A stretch of 64,000 nucleotides of DNA from a virus. Both the position numbers and the translations under genes were made by a program. Positions 34,138 to 46,360 of the stretch are shown here, in pieces. Location: positions 1-64,000 of the IMG/VR virus record IMGVR_UViG_3300025000_000065, one strand, 5' to 3'. Numbering within the stretch: position 1 is the first letter of the stretch; each line of letters opens with the position of its first letter. The notes under the pieces were generated by a model. It was given only the letters and a program-made list of their open reading frames with translations, had not been told where the DNA came from and ran no database searches.

Positions 34138-34932
34138 ATGGATGATAAAGAAAAAATTGAGTTTTTAGAACGCATTGTACAATCAAAAGATCTTTATTCT
34201 GAGGGACTGAGAAAACAAATAGAATTACAAGAAAAAGACCTTATTGAATTACGTAAAGCTAAAGATCGGGATGCTTTAAAACTTTACGGAGAAGGCATAT
34301 TTAAAGGAACTGAAATAGGGGAAAAAGCTCTTGGAGAATCGTTGTATTTTCATCCTTCTTATCATCATAAAAATAATCTTGGACAAATAGGTTTTCATAC
34401 AATTACCGTTGCTCCAGTAGCAGGAATGGTTTATTTAGGAGGATATGAATCTTATGAAGAAAGAAAACTAACATCTAGTTGTACTAGCTTTTGGTTAACC
34501 AGGGAAGAAACAATGATCTTGATAAAAGGTTTGGCAGAAGCAGTAGAAATGATTGAAAAGGGTGAGGAATAAATTATGAATGATAAATTTGAAAAAGATG
34601 AAATTGTAATAATTGATTATTCACAGTATGGAAGAATGAATTTCAGAAAAGGAAAAATTATTGAAGTTACAAAAGCTGGAAATTATAAGGTTTTAGAAGA
34701 CGGAAAAGAAAAATATGAAATTTTCACTCCGTTTGGAAAACTTCGTGGTGATAAAGATTGGAATTCAACATACATTAGGAAATTTTCTCAAGATTTATGG
34801 GATAAATTTTTAAGGCAACAAGAAAAATTAAATATTATTTATAAAATTCAAAAAGTAGTTTTTAAAAATTTTAATATTGAAGATTTAAGAGAAATAGAAA
34901 AAATTATTAAGAAATATGAAAGTCAAGAATAA
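34138..34932 (+). other. Two hypothetical CDS (34138-34572, 34576-34932)
   Basis: ORF track; promoter TTGACT-17-TAAAAT at 34072-34100. Confidence 0.6.
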
Positions 34933-35067
34933 AATACAAATAAAAATCAAAAGGAGAATAGAAATGCAAAAACTAAAAGATTTAGCTGACATGTATATGG
35001 AGACTATTATCTCAATCGTAATCATAATAATATTTTTTACTTTGATTATTCTTTTTGGAGGATTAAA

Positions 35068-36072
35068 ATGAAAAAGATATTACTAACTGGTGGAGCTGGT
35101 TTTATTGGAAGTCATACAATTGAACATTTTTTACGTAATACAGATATGGAAATATATGTTATTGATAGATTGAGTTATGCAGGTAATCTTAATCGTTTAG
35201 TAGAAATGGATATTTGGGAAAAGGAAAAGACAAGAGTTCACTTTATATATCATGATTTTAGATCTGCCTTTCCGTTTTTTATTAAAAAACAATTGTCTGA
35301 AATAGAATATATTATTCACATGGGAGGCGAAACTCATGTTGCAAATTCTTTTAAATATCCAAAAATATTCCTTGAATCAAATGTTATTGGAACAATGAAC
35401 GTATTAGATTTGGCAAGAGAAATAAATCCGTCTTTATTTGTTTACGTAAGCACCGATGAAGTTTATGGTGCTGTTGTTGGTGATAAGTTACATGTAGAAG
35501 GTGAACCACACAGACCTAGTAATCCTTACTCTGCAAGTAAATCAGGTGGTGAAGCTATTGTTCATTCATATTGGAAATCGTTTGGAGTTCCAATGATTAT
35601 TACCAACACGATGAATAATTTTGGACAAAGACAAGATCCTGAAAAATTTGTACCAAAAACAATGTTGAATATTTTACAAAATAAAACAGTGGATATTCAT
35701 TGCGCCACAGATTCTAAAAATGGAAAAGTAATTGACATTTCTTCTCGATGTTGGTTACACGCTCGTAATCATGCAGATGCATTATTATTTTTATTAGAAC
35801 ATAGTACAATTGGAGAACGCTATAACATTGTAGGTGAACGAAGAAATGTATACGAACTTGCTCAAATGATTGCTACTGCATTAGGAAAAAATAATTTTAA
35901 TTATGATTATGTTCCTTTTCATTCTTATTCTCCAGGTCATGATATGCATTATGGTTTAGATGGTACAAAAATGAAAGAACTTGGTTGGATTCCTCCTGTT
36001 CCATTTGAGAATAGTCTTGAAAAAACCGTACAATGGACTAAAGATAATCCCAAATGGTTGGGATTAGATTAA
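35068..36072 (+). CDS. rfbB: dTDP-glucose 4,6-dehydratase-like extended SDR
   Basis: TGGAGFIG, DRLSYAG, ETHV, STDEVYG, PYSASK, NNFG. Confidence 0.85.
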   Translation: MKKILLTGGAGFIGSHTIEHFLRNTDMEIYVIDRLSYAGNLNRLVEMDIWEKEKTRVHFIYHDFRSAFPFFIKKQLSEIEYIIHMGGETHVANSFKYPKIFLESNVIGTMNVLDLAREINPSLFVYVSTDEVYGAVVGDKLHVEGEPHRPSNPYSASKSGGEAIVHSYWKSFGVPMIITNTMNNFGQRQDPEKFVPKTMLNILQNKTVDIHCATDSKNGKVIDISSRCWLHARNHADALLFLLEHSTIGERYNIVGERRNVYELAQMIATALGKNNFNYDYVPFHSYSPGHDMHYGLDGTKMKELGWIPPVPFENSLEKTVQWTKDNPKWLGLD

Positions 36073-36096
36073 AAATAAATAAGCAAGGATGAAACC

Positions 36097-36345
36097 ATGA
36101 TCAATAAAAATAATAAAACAATATGTGATCGTCATACCAATATCTTAGAGATTGCGGAAGAGTGTGTTAGAATGAAATTTCATGAAGAATCTGCTGAAGA
36201 AGATTTTAATTATTTTATCAATAAAATGGATGATATTCATCGGTTAGCAAGACAAGCTTTAGATGATGGTCAAAATATGGAAGATAGGTTATATGAATAT
36301 AAAACCGCCATTGAGGAATTGGGATTTACAAGGAACAAAAAATAG
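36097..36345 (+). CDS. Hypothetical protein
   Basis: ORF track, RBS. Confidence 0.55.
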   Translation: MINKNNKTICDRHTNILEIAEECVRMKFHEESAEEDFNYFINKMDDIHRLARQALDDGQNMEDRLYEYKTAIEELGFTRNKK

Positions 36346-36423
36346 TATATAATACCAATGAAAACAAATATGTCAATGATTTCACTGTGAATGAAATCAT
36401 TTCCAAAAAAAGGAGAATATGTT

Positions 36424-36810
36424 ATGAGATTATGGCATGAAAGTTTATTAGATAAATTACCAAGACAACAGGTGTTAGGACTTCACAGAGAAATTTGTGC
36501 CCTCAGGGGGAACGGATGGGGAAAGAAACATAGCGTAGTGGATTACGTTTTTGAAAATCCTTATTTGAAATTAGTTGCCTATCATATGCGAGTAATGGCA
36601 GAAATGGAACGAAGAGGATATATTGTTGATTCCGAATGGAAAGAATATACTTATCGAGGCAAGAATTTAAAACATGATAGTTATAATAGTGAGGATGTGG
36701 CTGTCCTACAAGTGTATCTAAAGCGTTTTCCAGTGTATTCTGAGCATAATGAGGCATATTTACAAGAATGCTTGGATAATCTGTCTAAAAAGGGCGCAAA
36801 ATTACTATAA
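36424..36810 (+). CDS. TIGR02328/pyrimidine-dimer glycosylase-like protein
   Basis: MRLWH..L..LPRQQ.LG.HRE.CALRG.GWGKKH signature; start 36424 after AGGAG. Confidence 0.8.
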   Translation: MRLWHESLLDKLPRQQVLGLHREICALRGNGWGKKHSVVDYVFENPYLKLVAYHMRVMAEMERRGYIVDSEWKEYTYRGKNLKHDSYNSEDVAVLQVYLKRFPVYSEHNEAYLQECLDNLSKKGAKLL

Positions 36811-36842
36811 AAGCATGATTTTATTAGGAAAGAAGATAACGT

Positions 36843-38776
36843 ATGATCGTTGAATGGATTGAAAAATGCAAAGAATGTAAAGGAACTGGAATCTATGTTG
36901 GAGTAGCTGAAAATTATAGTGACTATGGAGTTATATGTTCTGTATGTAAAGGATCTGGAAAAAGACATAGAAAATTTGAATATGAAGAATTCACTAAAAA
37001 AGAATTTGCCAATGTAAATAAAGTTTTAGAAGTTAATCCAGGAATTATTATTGGAAAAACATGTTGGGATGCTGGTGGAATTCATTATATTGATTGGTAT
37101 AATGGCAAAGAATTTCCTATTGGATCAGAAATGAGAAATTATGTTTGTCCTTCCTGGTGGTTTCAATGTGCTGATTATAGCAAAAAACCAAAATGGAAAA
37201 AATGTGTTTCTGGTAGATTCTCCGATTGTAAACATTTTAAAAACAAAGATCATTGTTGGAAAAAATGGGATGAGGAAAATAAAAAATGACATCAAAAGAA
37301 AAGCAAAAATTAATAAAAAAATCACTTAATTATGGTAAAAAAGAATCGGAAATGACTTTACAACAGATTAAAGATAAATATTTCCCCAATAGAAATTTAA
37401 ATGATTTGAGGGGAGTTATAAAAAAAGAAAATCCAATAATGGATAAAATTAATGAAATTATTAAGGAGAAGAAAAATGAAGACTTGTACTGATGAAAATA
37501 AAGGATGGACATACAATGATGGTCGCTGTGAAAAATGTGGAAAACCATTTGTTTATGTCGGAGACGTTCCTCTAGGTGGATTTACTAAAGGTTTAGAACC
37601 CTATTGTACCTGTAATCAAAATGCAATCAGTATAAATTCGGATTTCCTAAGCTTATTTAATAATCAAGGTTGGACTTGTCCTAAATGTGGAAAAGTATTT
37701 TCTCCTAGTATTATTGAATGTATATATTGTAATAGAATAACTGTTACAACTACGAAAACAGATACTTATAATCTTGAAATTCATACAAAAAATCATGACT
37801 GAAAAAATAATAATTGAAAATTTTACTGATGTAATTTGTAAATCATGTGATTCTTGTGGAGTAACTGAGTGTTGCCCACCTTTCCAATGTTTGAAAAAGG
37901 CAGTTCAATTAAATAATAGATGTTCATTTGGGGAAACATATTTAAAAGAAGTTGAATTATATTATTTGTTAGGAAAGACATTGCATGATTTAATTTTGGA
38001 AAAAGGAAATATGAAAAATGTTCGTGTGGTAAAAAATATGTATGATGGTTTACACAAGAAAATATATAATGAATAAAATAAAAAATCCTTATTTAAAATA
38101 TTTTATTGAGCGATATTAAACCAGAAAAGATAAAGAAGAAAAATTTGTTAATTGGGATTATAATAGATTGATGAATAAAACAGTAATAAAAGAAGTGTTT
38201 TATTGGAAAAATTTAAAAGGAGATTCATGAATCAAGATCTATGGTTTTTGAAAGAGCAATATGATTTGCTAGAAGAATCAGCAGATAGGAACTTAGATAT
38301 ATTGCGTAAAATGAATGACTATTTTGGAAAATTCATCATTATGCCACAATTTTTAGCTCTTCTTATTATGAAAAGTAAAAAATATAAAAGGTTAGATAAA
38401 GAATTTGACTTAATATCTGCTAGACATAATAATGAACGAGCAACCCTTAAAATATTACAGAAAATGATTCATGAAATTTTAAATTCATCTATGATAATTG
38501 AAATTAATAAAATAAAATTTTAGTTTTATTAGATTTAAAAACCAATAGAATGATGGTTTTATTAGGAGTAACATGGGCGATTATATGAAAATGGAAGATT
38601 TTTTAAGATTTGTAGAAAAAGGATATTTAATTGATCATGATGGTTTAGGATATTTATGTTCTTCTGAAAACACGAAAACAGATCCCAAAATTTTAATTTA
38701 TCCTTCTGATGTGAATTATAAATTTGATAAAGAATATTTAAATACATTTCCTGGTGTTATATGGTACAATAGATAA
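36843..38776 (+). other. Six small CDS including Cys-rich/Zn-finger proteins (36843-37289, 37286-37492, 37452-37802, 37774-38076, 38203-38523, 38573-38776)
   Basis: CxxCxGxG repeats in 36843; CxxC pairs in 37452 and 37774. Confidence 0.6.
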
Positions 38777-38787
38777 AAGGAGAAAAT

Positions 38788-39735
38788 ATGGAAGTTAAAA
38801 AATCGCCAGATAAAGTTTTAGTTACCGGAGGAGCTGGATTTATTGGATCGCACATTGTAGATACATTAATCGAAAACTTTTATGATGTAATTATTGTAGA
38901 TGATTTGAGTAGTGGAAAATTAGAAAACATAAATAAAAAAGCAGATTTTTATCTTTGTGATATTTTTTCTAAAACAATATTACAAAATGTATTTGAAGAA
39001 ACTCATCCTGATTACGTTATTCATCATGCAGCACAATCCACAGTAGTAAAATCTATGAGTGATCCCGTTTCAGATGCTCAAACAAATATTATTGGAACTT
39101 TAAATTTATTAGAATTATCTAAAGAGTTTAAAATTAAAAAATTTATTTATGCTGGTTCTGGTGGAACAGCTTATGGAAATCCAAGCTATCTTCCATGTGA
39201 TGAAAACCATCCAGTAAATCCAATTTCCCCTTATGGTATTTCAAAACATACAGTGGAACATTATTTAAATTTTTATCATAATCAATATGGATTGGAATAT
39301 ATATCTTTTCGTTATCCTAATATTTATGGAGAGAGACAAGATCCATCAACTGAAGCAGGTGTAATATCCATTTTTGCAAAACAAATGTTACAAAATAAAG
39401 AAGTGATTATCTATGGAAATGGCTTACAAAGCAGAGATTTTGTTTATGTAAAAGATATTGCTAGAGCTAATTTATTGGCATTAGAAAACAACAATATTCC
39501 TTCGGGAATTTATAATATAGGATGGGGTCATGGAACTACAATTGATTTAGTTTATGAGACATTAAAAGTTATCACAAGATATAAAAAGAATCCTATCAAT
39601 AAACCAGAAAGAAAAGGCGAGGTTTACAGGACATTTTTAGATGGTGAAAAATTTAGAAAATATACCTGGTGGCAACCTGAAGTTAGTTTATCTCAGGGTT
39701 GTATGTGGGTTGTTGATTGGATGAAAAGAAATTAG
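38788..39735 (+). CDS. galE: UDP-glucose 4-epimerase-like NAD-dependent epimerase
   Basis: VTGGAGFIGSH, DDLSSG, HHAAQ, PYGISK, RYPNIYG, RDFVYV. Confidence 0.85.
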   Translation: MEVKKSPDKVLVTGGAGFIGSHIVDTLIENFYDVIIVDDLSSGKLENINKKADFYLCDIFSKTILQNVFEETHPDYVIHHAAQSTVVKSMSDPVSDAQTNIIGTLNLLELSKEFKIKKFIYAGSGGTAYGNPSYLPCDENHPVNPISPYGISKHTVEHYLNFYHNQYGLEYISFRYPNIYGERQDPSTEAGVISIFAKQMLQNKEVIIYGNGLQSRDFVYVKDIARANLLALENNNIPSGIYNIGWGHGTTIDLVYETLKVITRYKKNPINKPERKGEVYRTFLDGEKFRKYTWWQPEVSLSQGCMWVVDWMKRN

Positions 39736-39998
39736 TAAATGAAATATTGGTTTTATTATAAAGAAAGGAATAATTTAAATGACTGAAAATAAAGTTTTTA
39801 TAATTTTTTGTTACTATACTGTTCTTTATATAATTCTAGCATCTATTTTAAAGAGTGTACGTTCAGATATTTCAGACATAAGTTTTGTCATAGGATATTG
39901 TCTTTTTGTTGTATTGGGAATGCTAAAAGATATTATTAATTTTTCCAAAGATTTTTAAATATAATAAAAAATTGATTTTATTGGAAAGGAAATGAGAA

Positions 39999-40928
39999 TT
40001 GAACAATAACATCATTACATTAATTTTCTCAAAAAATAGATCATTACAATTATCATTACTTTTAGATAGTTTTTACAATCAATGTTTGCAACCAAACGCT
40101 ACTGATATCTATGTGGTTTATGCCTACGATCAAGAATACAGAAATTCATATCATCAATTGATCGAAGAACAAAAAGAAAAAGAAAGAAATAATATTCAGT
40201 TTATTGATGAAAATTGTTTTGTTTCTTTTAAATCATCTTTTGTTTATGAAACAAAAAATTATGAATATATAATGTTTTTAGTGGACGATAATATTTTTAC
40301 TAATAAATTTGATTTATCACAAATTAAAAGTTTATTGGAATATAATATTGATGCTGTTGGATTTAGTTTAAGGTTAGGAAAAAATACAAAAAATTGTTAT
40401 CCATTAAAAAAAGAGCAAGAAATTCCAAAAAGTATTGAACATCGTCATATTATAAATTTTTCTTCTTTGCATTTCATTGAAGAAAAGGGACTATTTAAAG
40501 AAGTTGATTTTGCTACTTTCGCTTTTGATTGGACTAAATCACAGTTGGATTTCAATTATGCTTTAGAGATTAGCTCAAGTATTTATAGAATAAAAGATGT
40601 TCGTGCCTTATTAGAAAATTTTAGATATAAAAATCCTAATGAATTAGAAGCACAGTTATATGCTAATTTGTGGCAATTCTATAATAAACCAAAACTATTG
40701 TCATATTATAGAAGTGTTGCTTTTTGTGCTCCAATGAATAAAGTACAAAATGTAGCCTTAAATAATAGATTTAGCAATATCAATATATACGATTCTAATA
40801 ACATGCTAAAAATGTATGAAAATGGCTTTAGAATTGATTGGAAAAAGTTTGATGGATTTACAAGCAATGGATGTCATCAAGAAGTAGAACTATATACTAT
40901 GGAGGAATTTGAAAAATATGGCATATAA
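39999..40928 (+). CDS. Putative GT-A fold glycosyltransferase
   Basis: IFSKNR..QL, MFLVDD, FSLRLG; sits among glycosyltransferase genes. Confidence 0.65.
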   Translation: MNNNIITLIFSKNRSLQLSLLLDSFYNQCLQPNATDIYVVYAYDQEYRNSYHQLIEEQKEKERNNIQFIDENCFVSFKSSFVYETKNYEYIMFLVDDNIFTNKFDLSQIKSLLEYNIDAVGFSLRLGKNTKNCYPLKKEQEIPKSIEHRHIINFSSLHFIEEKGLFKEVDFATFAFDWTKSQLDFNYALEISSSIYRIKDVRALLENFRYKNPNELEAQLYANLWQFYNKPKLLSYYRSVAFCAPMNKVQNVALNNRFSNINIYDSNNMLKMYENGFRIDWKKFDGFTSNGCHQEVELYTMEEFEKYGI

Positions 40929-41751
40929 AAAGAATTTTGTTTCAATTATTATTCCTTACTATAATTACAGTCAATATATAGATCAATGTTTAGAGAGTAT
41001 TTCAAAACAAACATATAAAAAATTTGAAGTAATTATTGTTGATGATCATAGCAACTTAGAAGAACATCATAAACTTTTAGAAATTAAAGCAAAATATTGG
41101 AAAAAAATGGATGTATCTCTTTATTGGAATATAGAAAATTTAGGATTGACACTTACAAGAAATAAAGGGGTAGAAAACAGTAAGGGAGAATTTATTTTAT
41201 TTTTAGATCCCGATGATAATATTCATGAGGACTACTTATTAAAAACAACCAAAACTTTAAAACAAAATCCCGAAATTGGTTTTGCATATGTAAACACAAG
41301 ATACTTTGGAGGAGAAAATAAAGTATTCTCACAACCAGAATATAACTTTTATAGATTGATTAATGCTGGAAATTTTATTTCTTATTGTAGCTTGATTAGG
41401 AAAAAAGCATTTATAGAATCAGGTGGATTTAATTTAGAGAATTGGTCTTATTTGGAGGACTATGAGTTGATAATCAGGTTATCTCGAAAGGGATGGTATG
41501 GAAAATTAGTTCCAGAAGTTTTATTCAATTATTATGTACACGAAGATTCAGCTATTCATTCTGGTTTTACTGCTGAAGCACAAAAATTATTTTATGCCTA
41601 TTTTATAAAAAAATATCATGAGTTATATCCTGAACAGTTGCAAGCAGAAGCAGATAAAATTTTACAAGATGTTCCTAAAAACTTTATGTCTTTGCCAAAA
41701 TCTGAAAATGAAAGGTGGTGGAATGAGTGGAAAAAGAATCATATCCGTTAG
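40918..41751 (+). CDS. Glycosyltransferase family 2
   Basis: VSIIIPYYN, IIVDDHS, RNKG, FLDPDD, LEDYE. Confidence 0.88.
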   Translation: MAYKKNFVSIIIPYYNYSQYIDQCLESISKQTYKKFEVIIVDDHSNLEEHHKLLEIKAKYWKKMDVSLYWNIENLGLTLTRNKGVENSKGEFILFLDPDDNIHEDYLLKTTKTLKQNPEIGFAYVNTRYFGGENKVFSQPEYNFYRLINAGNFISYCSLIRKKAFIESGGFNLENWSYLEDYELIIRLSRKGWYGKLVPEVLFNYYVHEDSAIHSGFTAEAQKLFYAYFIKKYHELYPEQLQAEADKILQDVPKNFMSLPKSENERWWNEWKKNHIR

Positions 41752-42554
41752 TATCCGTAATAGTTCCTACTTATAATAGAAACAACTTTCTAAAAAAATG
41801 TATTCAATCAATATTAAATTCTACTTATGAAAATTTTGAGATAGTCATTATTCAAGATGGAGGCGAAGAAAGTGCAAAAGATGTTATTGATTTATTTAAT
41901 GATAAAAGAATTAAATTGTTTGTGAAAAAAAACGGTGGTCTTGCATCTGCTAGAAATCATGGAATAAAAAAAGCACAGGGAAAATATATTTCATTTATAG
42001 ATAGTGATGATGGTGTTTATCCAAGCTTTATTGAAACGATGGTTAATTTATTAGAAAACAAAAAATCGGAATTTAAAATCTCATATTGTGATTCTGTAAG
42101 AATACATCAAAGAAAAAATAATAATGGAGAATATGAAAATTTTTGGAGAGACATTCCTTATTCACATGATTTTAATAGAGATTTATTGTTAGTTATGAAT
42201 ATTTCTCCGGTAAATTGTTTTATGATAAATCGCGAATGTTTTAATAATGTTCCACTATTTGACGAAACTGTTTCCGTATATGAAGATTATTTGATGAATT
42301 TAGAATTATCTTTAAAATATGATTTTTATCATTATCCTGTTCCTTTGGTATGGCATACTTGGAGAGAAGATGGCTCTACCATGTCAAGTAGTAGAGATTT
42401 TACAACTCCAATTCCAGGAATATATAAAAAATATTTTCAACATGCAAAAGATCAAATTTGGGTTGCAACTGCTATGAATAATGTATTGGTACAACGAGGA
42501 CTTCAACCACTTTTCAATATTCAATATAAGGAGGAACAAAATGAAAAAAAATAG
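41727..42554 (+). CDS. Glycosyltransferase family 2
   Basis: VSVIVPTYNR, QDGG, ARNHG, FIDSDD, YEDY. Confidence 0.88.
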   Translation: MEKESYPLVSVIVPTYNRNNFLKKCIQSILNSTYENFEIVIIQDGGEESAKDVIDLFNDKRIKLFVKKNGGLASARNHGIKKAQGKYISFIDSDDGVYPSFIETMVNLLENKKSEFKISYCDSVRIHQRKNNNGEYENFWRDIPYSHDFNRDLLLVMNISPVNCFMINRECFNNVPLFDETVSVYEDYLMNLELSLKYDFYHYPVPLVWHTWREDGSTMSSSRDFTTPIPGIYKKYFQHAKDQIWVATAMNNVLVQRGLQPLFNIQYKEEQNEKK

Positions 42555-42964
42555 AACCAATATTAAAGAATTATTAAAAGATTTTGACGTTTCTACTGAA
42601 GATGAACTTCAAGAAAAACTAATGAATGAATCTACCATAGTAAAATGTACAACTGAAAATTGTTTTAATATGGTAGACTTATTGGATGGACAATTTATTA
42701 ATGGAGATCCTGTTTGTAAAAGATGTTATAGAGAATATTATAGCGAAAGAAAAGATTATGATTTATAGTTTTGTTTGTGATGATTGTGGAAAATATTTTG
42801 AGATCAACTCTCAGCCATTTGTAATTAGCAACAATCAGATTTGTCCCAATTGTAGATCTAAAAATATTCATAGAAAATATAATTTAAATTCCATTCATTA
42901 TAAGGGAAAAGGTTTTACTAAAAAAATTAAAGGAGATGAGGAGAATTCCCCTTGGAAGAGTTAA
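42541..42964 (+). other. Two small Zn-ribbon CDS (42541-42768; FmdB-like 42758-42964)
   Basis: YSFVCDDCG...CPNC...IHYKGKGF. Confidence 0.6.
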
Positions 42965-44172
42965 AAGATAACCAACACAACGAAAAACTCCCATTAAATA
43001 TTTCTTTTGTATATGCTGATAAACCAGGCGAATTAAATACTTCAATTTACAGATGTGTAATTCCATATTTAGCATTAAAAAATGCAGGTCATCATGTTTC
43101 ATTGATTCCGGTTCATTTATTTGAACAAAATACAATTGAGGCTAATAATGCTTTAGAGAAATCCGATATTATTGTAATAGAAAGAAATTTCTTTGGAGAT
43201 GTTTTAACTAGAATTGCATATTGGATTGTTAGAGGAAAAATCGTAATTGCTAATTATGATGATTATTATGAAGGAATTGAAGAAACAAATGCTTCTTATT
43301 CTTTTTGGAATAAGGGAGAAGTAGATATTGAAAAAACTGATTATATTAAAGAACCTAGATCTTATGTTTATTCAGATAAATATTATAAGATTAAAAACGA
43401 AACAATAAAAGAAGTTAAAGAAAGACTAAAAAGAATAGGTTATCCTCATCCATTATGGCAATTTAAAATGGGATTGAAAATGGTATATGCTCAAATTATG
43501 CCTAGTAAGTATATGATGAAAAAATATAAAAATCTATCTCCAACATACTATATTCCAAATTATTTTGTAACACAAAATTATATTCATATTCCAAAAACTC
43601 CAAGAGATTTTAAAATAATAGGTTGGGGAGGTAGTTTATCACATCTTCAATCTTTTAAGGATAGTGGTGTCATCCAGGCATTAGAAAATATTATCAATTC
43701 CAGAAACGATGTAAAACTTTTGATTTGTGGTGATCAGAGATTATTGCCATTAATAAAAATTTCAGATGATAAAAAATTGTTTCAACCCTATGTAAAAAAT
43801 GAAGATTGGGGAAAAGTGGTATCATCTTTATTTGATATTGGTATTGCTCCATTAGAAGGAGAATATGATAAATATCGTTCTATGATTAAACCGATAGAAT
43901 TTATGTTAACAAAAACTCCATTTGTTGCATCTTATGGAGAAGCATATAAAGAATTGTTTCAAATTGGAGGTCTTGGAAGTTTTATAAAAAATTCTGCCGT
44001 AAATTGGGAACAAAAACTTTTATATATTTTAGATAATTATGAATCAGAAAAAGAAATAATGAACGGTAAACCGTTTGAATATGCTTTGACTTGGGACTAT
44101 ATGAATGGTGTTGATTACATGGTTGAAACATATAGAAAAATTGCCAGAGAATTAGCAAACAGGGATTTATAA
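42952..44172 (+). CDS. GT-B fold (GT4-like) glycosyltransferase
   Basis: YRCVIP, NYDD, IPNY, IGWGGSLSH, DIGIAPL, KPIEF, PFVAS. Confidence 0.75.
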   Translation: MEELKDNQHNEKLPLNISFVYADKPGELNTSIYRCVIPYLALKNAGHHVSLIPVHLFEQNTIEANNALEKSDIIVIERNFFGDVLTRIAYWIVRGKIVIANYDDYYEGIEETNASYSFWNKGEVDIEKTDYIKEPRSYVYSDKYYKIKNETIKEVKERLKRIGYPHPLWQFKMGLKMVYAQIMPSKYMMKKYKNLSPTYYIPNYFVTQNYIHIPKTPRDFKIIGWGGSLSHLQSFKDSGVIQALENIINSRNDVKLLICGDQRLLPLIKISDDKKLFQPYVKNEDWGKVVSSLFDIGIAPLEGEYDKYRSMIKPIEFMLTKTPFVASYGEAYKELFQIGGLGSFIKNSAVNWEQKLLYILDNYESEKEIMNGKPFEYALTWDYMNGVDYMVETYRKIARELANRDL

Positions 44173-44189
44173 TTATAAAAAATTGGTAC

Positions 44190-44218
44190 TTGACAATGAG
44201 TATTCTTTTTGATAAAAT
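44190..44218 (+). promoter_or_regulatory. Sigma70-type promoter of the recombinase gene
   Basis: TTGACA-17-TAAAAT with TGn. Confidence 0.7.
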
Positions 44219-44247
44219 AAGAACAGATAAATAAAAAAGGAGAAAAA

Positions 44248-45138
44248 ATGTACATATCAAAATATAATAATTTAGATTTCGTAAAAGAATATTCATTAGT
44301 TCTGTCTTTAGATAAAGATGAAAAAACAATTCAAAGTTATTTAAGTTCTATTGATCGATTTTTTGATTTTTTAAAAATTCAATCTAATGAAGACATTTTT
44401 AAAATTTCACCATTAGAGGGAAGAGAATATCAACAACATTTAAAAGATCATGCCCTTTCTAATAATTCAATAAACACTTACCTTCTGTTCTTAAAAGTGT
44501 TTTTTAATTGGTTAGTCAATGAAGAAAAAATTGAAAAATCCCCTTTGACAAAAGTAAAAAACTTAAAAGCAAATGAAATCAATAGGGCTTTCTTCAGTGA
44601 AGAAGAAGTAAAAAAGTTTTTTGAACACTGTAAAACAAATGAAGAATTTGCCATGTTTGGAATTTATTTTACAACTGGATTACGAAGATCAGAATTAATT
44701 AACATAAAATTAAATCAATTAGATGGATATACTATTCATAATGTAATTGTAAAACGAGGTAAAACCAGGGATATTTATATTCCAGATGATGTTTTAGTAT
44801 ATTTGGCAAAATATCTTCGAGAAAGAAACAGAAAATATCCCAATAATGAATATCTGTTTGTTTCCAATTGGGGTAAAAAGTTTTCTGGTGAAGGAATTAG
44901 ATATAAGTTTAATTCTATTTTAGAACGTGCTGGATTTCCAATAGAAAGAATTAACGAACTCCATGTACATTCTACGAGACATACTTTCGCAACAAATTTA
45001 TTGAGTAATGGAGAAAATATGAAAACCACTCAGGAAAGTTTAGGTCATTCAGATATTCAAACAACTCAGAAAATTTATGCTCATATACATAAAAATCGTG
45101 TATCAGAAGCAATGAGAAATCAATCTATTTTATCTTAA
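44248..45138 (+). CDS. Tyrosine recombinase (XerC/D-like), catalytic residues intact
   Basis: SAM-like N-domain; TGLRRSEL (R), VKRGK (K), HSTRH (HxxR), LGH, IYAH (Y). Confidence 0.92.
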   Translation: MYISKYNNLDFVKEYSLVLSLDKDEKTIQSYLSSIDRFFDFLKIQSNEDIFKISPLEGREYQQHLKDHALSNNSINTYLLFLKVFFNWLVNEEKIEKSPLTKVKNLKANEINRAFFSEEEVKKFFEHCKTNEEFAMFGIYFTTGLRRSELINIKLNQLDGYTIHNVIVKRGKTRDIYIPDDVLVYLAKYLRERNRKYPNNEYLFVSNWGKKFSGEGIRYKFNSILERAGFPIERINELHVHSTRHTFATNLLSNGENMKTTQESLGHSDIQTTQKIYAHIHKNRVSEAMRNQSILS

Positions 45139-45154
45139 CGGAATAGGATTCAAT

Positions 45155-46338
45155 ATGTGCAGAAAATGTTTTTTAAGAGGTAAAAAGGCAAAACTTTCAA
45201 AAGGTAAAATAAATTTTTTTGCTCATGAATTATTAAAAGGTCATGGAATTCCAATGTTTTCATATTCGCCAAATAATTATGCAATCGAAGGTAGAGTATG
45301 GCAAATTGAAAGAGAAAAAACAAAGAAAAATAAATATTATAATAAAGCAAGAAGAAAAATTAATAAAGAATTTGAAACTTATTGAAAGGAGAAAATAAAT
45401 TATGAAAATGCAAGAAATGATCAAAGAAATGCGAAGCGTTATGGGTGAAGATAAAGATATATCGATTAAACTATATGATAATGAAATATCTTTTTATTTA
45501 TTTGAAAAAGAAATTGGAATTTATTTAAATAAATATAATTATAATTATCATCCATATATTGACCTTGAGGGATGTGATGGTGTACATGCTCGTTTAGGAT
45601 TTAAAGAAATACGGGTTATTCTTATTGTAATGGCAATAATTGAAAATAACTTAAAGGAAATTTTAAGTTGGATCAATGTTGATTCTCAATAATTTTATAA
45701 AAAGAAAGGACTGATAAAATGCAATATCATTATATTCTTCAAATAGATTTAGGCAATGGAGCATATTCTGTAACCGATGGATATTTAGATGTGAATGATT
45801 ATCTTGATTTGAGTTTTGCAAACCAACAATTAAAACCAGAAAAAATTATATTTCAAAGTAATCATGCTACAATTGTTTATTGGAATGATGGTACAAAAAC
45901 AGTTGTAAAGAGAGCCGATGAAGATGATAAATTTATTCCCGAAGTAGGATTTGCTATGGCTTTAGTAAAAAGAATATATGGAAATAGATCAGAAGTTTTA
46001 AGATGGATTGAAAATGCTGAGATAAGGGAGTAATAAAAATGTCTGATAATAAAAATAAGGAAATCTTAAATAAATCTTTACCAGAATATCTTCCAGAATT
46101 TTTTGAAGAATTAACAAAACGAATTATTGAAAAAAACGAACAATACGGAGACGCATGGATAGAACGTGGATTAATTTATAATGGTCTTACTCAAGAACTA
46201 AGATTTAGTAATTGGAGTGATGATAAGTTTTTTAATCATTTTTGGTTAGATGAAAAATTACCCTGGTTAGACTTTGCTGGAGAAGCATTTATTGGATTCA
46301 TTCGTGAAAAGTATTTGAAAAACGATGATAAAATCTAG
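45155..46338 (+). other. Four hypothetical CDS (45155-45385, 45402-45692, 45719-46033, 46039-46338)
   Basis: ORF track; 45719 has the ATIVYWNDGTKTVVK motif typical of phage hypothetical proteins. Confidence 0.6.
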
Positions 46339-46360
46339 GTTTTATTTGAAAGGAAAATAT

